64,000 bases of DNA from Nitrospinaceae bacterium (GTDB taxonomy: Bacteria > Nitrospinota > Nitrospinia > Nitrospinales > Nitrospinaceae), in contig OZ245011.1 of NCBI GenBank assembly GCA_965223665.1, positions 4,128,001-4,192,000 on the forward strand. The letters run 5' to 3'. The position numbers and the translations under genes are program-made. Of this stretch, positions 16,905 to 26,000 are shown piece by piece. Each line of letters starts with the position of its first letter. Positions within the stretch are counted from its first letter, which is position 1. The notes below the pieces were generated by a model. It saw only the letters and a program-made list of their open reading frames with translations, had not been told where the DNA came from and made no database searches.

Positions 16905-19900
16905 ATGGAAGGCAGGCTAAGAAAAGTATTTACTTATTTATTGATCTTATTTTCTTTTTTCATTTTTGGACAGGAAGCATTTGGGCAAGCGAAAGATCGT
17001 CCTCAGTTAGTCGATCGGGGTCCTTATTTGCAAAGAATGACACCGTCAAGCGTCATTATAAAATGGTGGGTATCAACTGCTGATATTGCCAACAACACGA
17101 TCCACTATGGGACGTCTCCTGGAAGTTTGTCATCCTCTATTACAGACGGATCCTCTACCCTGAGAAGTGTTTGTGGAAGCCGGTGTGACGATTTCTACGA
17201 ATTCCAAGTAACTTTAAACAGCCTTTCTTCTGACACTCGTTATTATTATGCCGTTGGAACCTCTACGACACCTTCTACTGAAGAAACTGCTAATGGAACA
17301 TTTAAAACTTTTCCTGCTTCCGGAGCGAAACCAACCCGTATTTGGGCTATAGGAGATGCAGGGACAAAAGATACTCAGGCATTAAAAGTTCAAGAAGTTT
17401 TCCAAAATTACACGCAAACGCGTGATCCGGATGTGTGGATTATGTTGGGCAACAATGCGTATTCTAATGGTAGTAATCGGGACTATGGTGAAGGTGTTTT
17501 CTTCATGTATCCGGATTTTTTGAGAAATGTAGCTGTATTCCCAACTCTGGGTGAACGGGATGACAATAATGCAGATTCTCCATCCGAGTCTGGGACTTAT
17601 TACACTATCTTCGATACACCTGATAATGGACAGGCGGGTGGGGTTTCTTCAGGTACTCAAGCTTATTATTCTTATGATTACGGCAATATCCATTTTGTAG
17701 TTCTGGATTCATCGGATACCAGTCTTTCCAATACTGGGGCTATGAAAAATTGGCTGACAAATGATCTAAATGCCAATACAAAAGAATGGATAATCGCCTA
17801 CTTTCATGCTTCCCCCTATTCCAAAGGATGGGATGATTCTGATTCTGGAACAAAAGAAGATAATCTTCGTACTAGGTTTGTTGAGGAGTTGGAAGACTTT
17901 GGTGTAGATCTGGTTCTTACTGCAAATAGTCACGCTTACGAAAGATCGTTTTTAATTGATGGTCATTATGGAACTTCTGGAACATTCAGTCCGGGTACAC
18001 ATATAGTTGATGGAGGCAATGGAAAGTCTGCACCCTTGCCAAGGGCAGACGGCGCTTACCACAAAAACCTGGTGGGTGGCCAACCTACGGCTAATAGTGG
18101 AACCGTATATGCTGTGGTTGGAAGTTCTGGAATTATTCAAACGAACAATACGCCATTAGCTCGTAGTTGGGAAGAAGTGGCTGGCCCTCTCAATCATCCA
18201 GCGATGCAGTTTTCAGTCAATCGTTTGGGGTCCATGGTGATTGATGTGTATGAAAATCGATTAGAAGCAATTTTTCTGAATGGGTTTGGAGATATTGCAG
18301 ACCAGTTTTCGATCACTCATGGTAACAGCAATATTGCACCGGAGATTTTTAATGTTAGTGCGGCGCACCCTTTAACTTTGGAAGTACAGTTTTCTGAACC
18401 ATTGGATAAAGCAAGTGCCGAAAACATTTCAAATTATTCTGTCAATAATGGTGTCACTATTTTTGCGGCGGAGTTATTGGAAGATTATAGAACGGTTAGA
18501 TTATTGACCAGTCAGTTGGACAATTCGACAGAGTATATTTTAACGGCTACAAATATTGAGGACTATGAAACCAATACGGCCATACCGGCCCCGGGCAGTG
18601 ATTACAGTTTTACACCACATTTTGTGAATCCTCCGATCCATACGGCTAGTTTTCAGGATGGATATTACCCGCATAGAGCATATGATGGAACAAAAGATAC
18701 TTATATTTATGAAGGTTTGCCGGATACCAATTATGGAAATAAAAAAGATTTGATTGCTCATGGAAGATTTGAAGCAACACCAGAAGGGGAAGCCATTGTT
18801 ATGGTTTCATGGGATGTTTCATCTATTCCATCAAATGCAATTATTCAATCAGCAACTTTTTATTGGGATCCCTATAATAATAGTGAAACTCCTTATTACA
18901 TACGTCAACTTTTGGCTCCATGGAACGAAATAACGGTGACCTGGAATAATTATGGTGGCGATACTAATGTTGGAGCAGATATTCTTGGGACTATGCCCCC
19001 AGAAAAGTTTGGTATGAATCCTATTCCTTTAAATCCGGATGGGATTAATATAGTCCAAGGCTGGATTGACGGAACCGTTCCTAACTATGGTTTAGCTTTA
19101 AGAAACGCAGGTCCTATTTTTATTCCTCCCAGTGGAGAGTGGTGGAATGCTGTTCGTGGTCGACAAAGAGATACTCATAATCGCCCCCGATTATCGATAA
19201 CGTATACGTTACCCAGTGGAGCAGACAGCATATCTCCAGCGATAATAGCTCCACCGGATATAGTGGTTGACTCTACCGGAACGCAAACACCAGTGGCTTT
19301 AGGAACGGCAGCGGCGGTGGATGATAATGGGGTTCCAGCGATTACCAATGATGCCCCTGCCGGTGGATTTCCATTGGGAACGACGATAGTGAACTGGACG
19401 GCCACAGATGGATCGGGCAATACGGGAACGGATACACAGTTGGTGACAGTGAGAGTTCCAGCGGCGACGAGTCCGAATACGATCAGTTTTCAGGATGGAG
19501 TGGAGCCGAGTGCATTTTATTCAGGAACAGAAGATTCTTTACTCAGAAAGACCTCTCCGAATCAGAATAAGGGATCCGATACGGAGTTCTGGGCAGATGG
19601 AGTGTCGCAGGATCCTGAGGTAGCTTTGTATGGCGAGCTTGCTTCAGCGATAAAGTGGGACTTGTCAGCAATACCTCCAAATGCGACGGTAACGTCGGTA
19701 GAAGTATCGTTTAATGTGTTCAATGATGCGCCAGTGAATACAAATTTATATTCGATTTTAACTCCCTGGACAGAAGAGAATGTGACCTGGAATGTGGCGG
19801 CAGACCCTTCAGTGGTGGGAGATGATATTTTAGGAGTGATTTCACCGTTTACGTTTAATGAAAACATCGTGGTATTGAATCAGGATGGGATAGATCTGGT

Positions 19901-22688
19901 CCAAGGCTGGGTGGATGGCAGTATAGAGAATAATGGATTTTTTATTCAAATTGACGGGTTGAATAATAATGGAATCGGGATCCATTCGAGTGAAGCAGGG
20001 ACTTTAACGAGTCGTCCCAAAATCACGATTTCGTATACCGTATCTGGAGATACAGAACCCCCGGTGGTGACAGCACCAGCGGATATCACGACTCCTGCCA
20101 CGGGTCCTTTGACGCCAGTGAATATAGGAACCGCGACGGCGACGGATAATGTGGGAGTGACATCTTTGACGAATAACGCACCGGGAGGCGGATTCCCTGC
20201 AGGTGTGACCGTTGTGACGTGGACGGCGATGGATGCAGCGGGGAACATTGGAACCGATAACCAAACGATCACGGTAGAAGATAATGTGTTACCGAGTATC
20301 ACAGCGCCAGGGGATATCACAACAGAAGCGACGGGTCCGACGACACCGGTAGCATTGGGAACACCGACGACCTCGGATAATGTAGGAGTTTCTTCGGTGA
20401 CCAATGATGCACCTGCCGAGTTTCCGGTGGGAACGACGGTTGTGACATGGACGGTGACAGATACGTCTGGCAACATGAATACAGATACGCAAAATGTGAC
20501 GGTGGAAGACACGACAGATCCTGTAGTGACAGCGCCGGGAGATATAACGACGACAGAAACCGGTCCGTTAACACCTGTGGATATAGGAACGGCGACGGCG
20601 ACAGATGCGGTGGGAGTGACATCCTTAACGAACGATGCACCAGCTGGTGGATTTCCGCAAGGGACGACGATCGTCACCTGGACTGCCACTGATGCAGCAG
20701 GTAATTCAGGCACGGACACGCAGATAATAGCGGTTCAAGCAGCAGGTTCCGGAGGTCCGGTAACGGTGAGTTTCCAGGATGGAGTGGAGCCGGATGGAAC
20801 TTATGCGGGAACCGAGGATTCGTTACTGCGAGAGTCTTCGGCAGATTCGAACTATGGGAATGAAACTTCCTTGAGTGCGGATTTAGTACAGCCGGATCCG
20901 TCGAATGGTCGGTTTGGTGAGGTGATATCTGTAATATCCTGGGATATCTCCAGCATTCCTAACAATGCGACAGTCGATTCGGCGAGTATCTCGTTGAATT
21001 TAACGAATATCAGTTCCGGAAGTTATAACTTGTATCAGGCGTTGACGAGTTGGGATGAGTCGACGGTGACGTGGAACAGTTTTGGTGGATCGAGCACTAA
21101 TGTGGGAGCTGCGGTGCTGGGTACGATTGTTCCGGGACAGTTTAATGAGAATGTGATTGTGCTGACACCTGATGGTATTAGCCTGATAGAGGGTTGGATA
21201 GATGGATCGATAGCGAACCATGGAATAGTTATCAAAGAAATCAATAACAACAACGATGGTATTTTTGTTGATTCCAGTGAAGCAGCCTCAAATACCAACC
21301 ATCCGAAGTTGACGATTACATACAATGTGGCGGCGACAGGAGATACTGAACCTCCTGTGGTGACAGCCCCTGCAGATATCACAGTGGAATCGACTGGAAC
21401 TTTAACTCCAGTGGATATAGGGACTGCAACGGCCACAGATAATGTGGGAGTGGTCTCGTTGACGAATGATGCGCCTGCTGGTGGGTATCCGATTGGAACG
21501 ACGATTGTGACGTGGACAGCCCTGGATGCGGCAGCCAACGTTGGAACGGATACGCAGTCTATCACGGTGACGGAGCCGACAACGACGGGTGTGAACGTCA
21601 CAAGTTTTCAGGATGGAGTGGAACCGAACGGGACCTACTCAGGAACGCAGGATGCGTTATTAAGGCAAACGTCTCCTGATGAGAATAATAATACGGATGA
21701 GTTGTGGGCAGATGGAGTGGCTCCAGATCCGAACAATGGTAAATATGGAGAAGTGGTATCCGTGGTGTCTTGGGATATCTCAGCGATACCAAGTGATGCA
21801 ATAGTTTCCTCGGTGACGGTAACGTTTGATATGTTTAACGATTCATCAGCAGACCATAACATATTGCAGGCGACAGCTCCGTGGTCGGAAGATACGGTGA
21901 CCTGGAACAGTTTTGGAGGAACCGGGTCCATTGGCACTACGGTATTGGGAACGATTGGTCCGTTCTTGTACAACGAGCAGGAGTTTATCCTGAACTCGGA
22001 TGGAATTGCCTTAGTTCAGGGATGGATTGATGGAAGCATTGCGAACAATGGGTTGGTGATTCAATCGGCGGGAACGAATAACGGAATTGGATGGAATTCC
22101 AGTGAGGCGGCAACCGGTCGACCTAAAATCACTATCACTTACTTAGTCGGTGGTGGAACCCTTGAATTCCAGGATGGCGTCTCCCCAAATAACGGCTACT
22201 CGGGAACTCGGGATGCGCATGTTCGACAGCCTTTTCCTAATACAAATTATGGGAGTGTTACGTCCCTTCGTGCGGATAATGAAGATGGTGGTGGAGAGGT
22301 TTTCTCAGTAATTTCGTGGGATCTTTCTTCTATCCCAAGTTCTGCCACTGTTGATTCGGTAAGCATTACTCTGGACTTAAGTGATGGCAGTGGTTCGACT
22401 CATAACATTTGGCAGGTAATAAATTCTTGGTCAGAGAATACGGTGACTTGGAATAACATTGGTCCTATTGGTGGTACTCTGCTTGGATCCATTCCTCCAA
22501 CAGGATCGGGTGAAATAACAATTAATTTGAATGCTTCCGGAATTGCATTGGTCCAAGATTGGGTGGATGGTAGTACGGCTAATAATGGGCTCATTATTAG
22601 AACTACTGGATCCAATGATGGAATTGGATTTGATTCCAGGGAAGCAGCAAATCCACCTAAAATTTCTGTGACCTTTACATTACCTTAA
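16905..22688 (+). CDS. Giant secreted protein A: PAP-like N-domain + metallophosphoesterase fold with non-canonical ligands + Ig-like + 5 DNRLRE/CBM96-like + 5 HYR-like domains
   Basis: Signal peptide ending AFG-Q; RGPYLQ, GDAG, YYSYDYGNIHF, YERS; QFSEPLD Ig motif; five FQDG..Y.GT.D..W.DGS..N.G units; five VTAP.DIT..GTT.V.WTA.D units; RBS GGAGAGG. Confidence 0.9.
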   Translation: MEGRLRKVFTYLLILFSFFIFGQEAFGQAKDRPQLVDRGPYLQRMTPSSVIIKWWVSTADIANNTIHYGTSPGSLSSSITDGSSTLRSVCGSRCDDFYEFQVTLNSLSSDTRYYYAVGTSTTPSTEETANGTFKTFPASGAKPTRIWAIGDAGTKDTQALKVQEVFQNYTQTRDPDVWIMLGNNAYSNGSNRDYGEGVFFMYPDFLRNVAVFPTLGERDDNNADSPSESGTYYTIFDTPDNGQAGGVSSGTQAYYSYDYGNIHFVVLDSSDTSLSNTGAMKNWLTNDLNANTKEWIIAYFHASPYSKGWDDSDSGTKEDNLRTRFVEELEDFGVDLVLTANSHAYERSFLIDGHYGTSGTFSPGTHIVDGGNGKSAPLPRADGAYHKNLVGGQPTANSGTVYAVVGSSGIIQTNNTPLARSWEEVAGPLNHPAMQFSVNRLGSMVIDVYENRLEAIFLNGFGDIADQFSITHGNSNIAPEIFNVSAAHPLTLEVQFSEPLDKASAENISNYSVNNGVTIFAAELLEDYRTVRLLTSQLDNSTEYILTATNIEDYETNTAIPAPGSDYSFTPHFVNPPIHTASFQDGYYPHRAYDGTKDTYIYEGLPDTNYGNKKDLIAHGRFEATPEGEAIVMVSWDVSSIPSNAIIQSATFYWDPYNNSETPYYIRQLLAPWNEITVTWNNYGGDTNVGADILGTMPPEKFGMNPIPLNPDGINIVQGWIDGTVPNYGLALRNAGPIFIPPSGEWWNAVRGRQRDTHNRPRLSITYTLPSGADSISPAIIAPPDIVVDSTGTQTPVALGTAAAVDDNGVPAITNDAPAGGFPLGTTIVNWTATDGSGNTGTDTQLVTVRVPAATSPNTISFQDGVEPSAFYSGTEDSLLRKTSPNQNKGSDTEFWADGVSQDPEVALYGELASAIKWDLSAIPPNATVTSVEVSFNVFNDAPVNTNLYSILTPWTEENVTWNVAADPSVVGDDILGVISPFTFNENIVVLNQDGIDLVQGWVDGSIENNGFFIQIDGLNNNGIGIHSSEAGTLTSRPKITISYTVSGDTEPPVVTAPADITTPATGPLTPVNIGTATATDNVGVTSLTNNAPGGGFPAGVTVVTWTAMDAAGNIGTDNQTITVEDNVLPSITAPGDITTEATGPTTPVALGTPTTSDNVGVSSVTNDAPAEFPVGTTVVTWTVTDTSGNMNTDTQNVTVEDTTDPVVTAPGDITTTETGPLTPVDIGTATATDAVGVTSLTNDAPAGGFPQGTTIVTWTATDAAGNSGTDTQIIAVQAAGSGGPVTVSFQDGVEPDGTYAGTEDSLLRESSADSNYGNETSLSADLVQPDPSNGRFGEVISVISWDISSIPNNATVDSASISLNLTNISSGSYNLYQALTSWDESTVTWNSFGGSSTNVGAAVLGTIVPGQFNENVIVLTPDGISLIEGWIDGSIANHGIVIKEINNNNDGIFVDSSEAASNTNHPKLTITYNVAATGDTEPPVVTAPADITVESTGTLTPVDIGTATATDNVGVVSLTNDAPAGGYPIGTTIVTWTALDAAANVGTDTQSITVTEPTTTGVNVTSFQDGVEPNGTYSGTQDALLRQTSPDENNNTDELWADGVAPDPNNGKYGEVVSVVSWDISAIPSDAIVSSVTVTFDMFNDSSADHNILQATAPWSEDTVTWNSFGGTGSIGTTVLGTIGPFLYNEQEFILNSDGIALVQGWIDGSIANNGLVIQSAGTNNGIGWNSSEAATGRPKITITYLVGGGTLEFQDGVSPNNGYSGTRDAHVRQPFPNTNYGSVTSLRADNEDGGGEVFSVISWDLSSIPSSATVDSVSITLDLSDGSGSTHNIWQVINSWSENTVTWNNIGPIGGTLLGSIPPTGSGEITINLNASGIALVQDWVDGSTANNGLIIRTTGSNDGIGFDSREAANPPKISVTFTLP

Positions 22689-22702
22689 TAGTTTTGATTT
22701 TT

Positions 22703-22742
22703 GCCGGAAGTCTAAAGGTATTTAGGCTTCCGGTTTTTTTTT
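22703..22742 (+). terminator. Rho-independent terminator
   Basis: GCCGGAAGTCTAAA-ggta-TTTAGGCTTCCGGT hairpin followed by a T run. Confidence 0.9.
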
Positions 22743-23083
22743 GATGAGAAGGTTCCTCCAATTAAATTTCATTACTTAATAAACCCTTTCAATAGAATTT
22801 TCAGAATTACTTTGTAATTATTTTCCTTTTCAATTTACTTCTACCCTAAAGATAGAGCACTTTTCTCTACTCAAAATAAGATGGAATAAACTTATTGATT
22901 TTATGTGGGTTAACCCAGCTATTTCCTGTTCTTGCGGAATTGTATTAATGTCACAGAAATTTGTCTTGAAAGTATAACTAAATAATGGTAATAAATAAAG
23001 CCCAATTGGGGTATTTTATTGCGAAAAGTAAAGTTTTTCACATACACATATGAAATTTATTCGTATGTTGGGAGGGGTTCCGA

Positions 23084-26000
23084 ATGGCAGGCAGGCAGAG
23101 AATAGAATTTACCCACTTATTAATCTTATTTTCTTTTTTCATTTTTGGACAGGAAGCATTTGGGCAAGCGAAAGATCGTCCTCAGTTAGTCGATCGGGGT
23201 CCTTATTTGCAAAGAATGACACCATCAAGCGTCATTATAAAATGGTGGGTATCAACTGCAGATATTGCGAACAACACAATCCACTATGGGACGTCTCCTG
23301 GAAGTTTGTCATCCTCTATTCCAGATGGTTCTTTCACTAGTAGAAGTGTCTGCAGTTCCAGTAATTGTGACGATTTCTACGAATTCCAAGTAACTTTAAA
23401 CAGCCTTTCTTCTGACACTCGTTATTATTATGCCGTTGGAACCTCTACGACACCTTCTACTGAAGAAACTGCTAATGGAACATTTAAAACTTTTCCTGCT
23501 TCCGGAGCGAAACCAACCCGTGTATGGGTTATTGGAGATTCCGGTACAAAAAGTTCTCAAGCCCTATTAGTAAAAGAAAGGTTTCAAAATTACACGCAAA
23601 CGCGTAATCCGGATGTGTGGATTATGTTGGGTAATAATGCTTACTCAAGTGGTAGTAACCGAGATCATGGTGATGCCGTTTTCTTTATGTACCCTGATTT
23701 TTTAAAAAATGTTGCAGTTTGGCCTGCAATTGGAGAGCGGGACGATAATAATATAAATACCTATAACACCATTTTTGTTTTACCCAATAATGCCCAATCC
23801 GGAGGCGTGGCTTCAGGAACAGAAGCGTACTATTCCTATGATTATGGCAATACCCATTTCATAGTACTGGATGTTTCCAATACCAGTCTTTCAAATGGTG
23901 GAGCCATGCAAAACTGGCTTCAAAATGATTTGAATGCAAACTCTAAAGAATGGACAATTGCATATTTTCATGCTTCTCCCTATTCCAAAGGATGGGATGA
24001 TTCTGATTCTGGTAGTAGGGCTAATGATATTAGAAATAATTTTGTTGATATATTGGAACAAGCTGGTGTGGACCTTGTACTCACAGCCAATAGCCACGCT
24101 TACGAAAGATCGTTTTTAATTGATGGTCATTATGGAACTTCTGGAACATTCAGTCCGGGTACACATATAGTTGATGGAGGCAATGGAAAGTCTGCACCCT
24201 TGCCAAGGGCAGACGGTGCTTACCACAAAAACCTGGTGGGTGGCCAACCAACGGCTAATAGTGGAACCGTATATGCTGTGGTTGGAAGTTCTGGTATTAA
24301 TCAAACGAATGATGAACCCTTAACAAGGAGTTATGAAGAGGCAGCCGGCCCTCTGAATCATCCAGCGATGCAGTTTTCAGTCAATCGTTTGGGGTCCATG
24401 GTGATTGATGTGTATGAAAATCGATTAGAAGCAATTTTTCTGAATGGGTTTGGAGATATTGCAGACCAGTTTTCGATCACTCATGGTAACAGCAATATTG
24501 CACCGGAGATTTTTAATGTTAGTGCGGCGCACCCTTTAACTTTGGAAGTACAGTTTTCTGAACCATTGGATAAAGCAAGTGCCGAAAACATTTCAAATTA
24601 TTCTGTCAATAATGGTGTCACTATTTTTGCGGCGGAGTTATTGGAAGATTATAGAACGGTTAGATTATTGACCAGTCAGTTGGACAATTCGACAGAGTAT
24701 ATTTTAACGGCTACAAATATTGAGGACTATGAAACCAATACGGCCATACCGGCCCCGGGCAGTGATTACAGTTTTACACCACATTTTGTGAATCCTCCGA
24801 TCCATACGGCTAGTTTTCAGGATGGATATTACCCGCATAGAGCATATGATGGAACAAAAGATACTTATGTTTTTGAGGGAGAACCTAATGCAAACTTTGG
24901 AACGAAAGCAGAATTAATATCGCACGGTAAATTTGAAAATGAAGTGGATGGTGACGCGGTTGTTTTGATATCTTGGGATCTATCCTCTATTCCATCAAAT
25001 GCCACCATACAATCAGCTACAGTTTATTTAAATTTATTTAATCGCAGTGAAACATCCTATCACCTTCGGCAAATATTAACTTCTTGGAGTGAAACCAACG
25101 CAACCTGGAATTCCATAGGTGGTTTGACAAATATTGGTGCTGCGATTATGGGAACTATCATACCTGAAAAGTTTAGACTTAATACTATGCCTCTGACCTC
25201 TGATGGGATTAATGTGGTCCAAGGCTGGGTAGATGGAAGTATCTCCAATTATGGACTGGCGGTTCAAAATGGAGGACCGGGTGAAGATCCTGATTGGTGG
25301 AATGCGATTCGATTGTTTTCCAGGCAAACGAATGCACGCCCCCGATTATCGATAACGTATACGTTACCCAGTGGAGCGGACAGCATATCTCCAGCGATAA
25401 TAGCTCCACCGGATATAGTGGTTGACTCTACCGGAACGCAAACACCAGTGGCTTTAGGAACGGCAGCGGCGGTGGATGATAATGGGGTTCCAGCGATTAC
25501 CAATGATGCCCCTGCCGGTGGATTTCCATTGGGAACGACGATAGTGAACTGGACGGCCACAGATGGATCGGGCAATACGGGAACGGATACACAGTTGGTG
25601 ACAGTGAGAGTTCCAGCGGCGACGAGTCCGAATACGATCAGTTTTCAGGATGGAGTGGAGCCGAGTGCATTTTATTCAGGAACAGAAGATTCTTTACTCA
25701 GAAAGACCTCTCCGAATCAGAATAAGGGATCCGATACGGAGTTCTGGGCAGATGGAGTGTCGCAGGATCCTGAGGTAGCTTTGTATGGCGAGCTTGCTTC
25801 AGCGATAAAGTGGGACTTGTCAGCAATACCTCCAAATGCGACGGTAACGTCGGTAGAAGTATCGTTTAATGTGTTCAATGATGCGCCAGTGAATACAAAT
25901 TTATATTCGATTTTAACTCCCTGGACAGAAGAGAATGTGACCTGGAATGTGGCGGCAGACCCTTCAGTGGTGGGAGATGATATTTTAGGAGTGATTTCAC

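Noticed and set aside
17337-18320. Calling A, B and C ordinary acid phosphatases or pseudogenes
   Set aside because: Key canonical ligands are replaced, yet the frames are intact and the replacements persist through synonymous change
19175-21973. Long antisense ORFs (257, 188, 112 aa) here, at 26101-28128 and opposite paralogue C
   Set aside because: Shadows of Thr/Val/Ala/Gly-rich repeat coding sequence; they recur wherever the repeats do and show no independent gene signals
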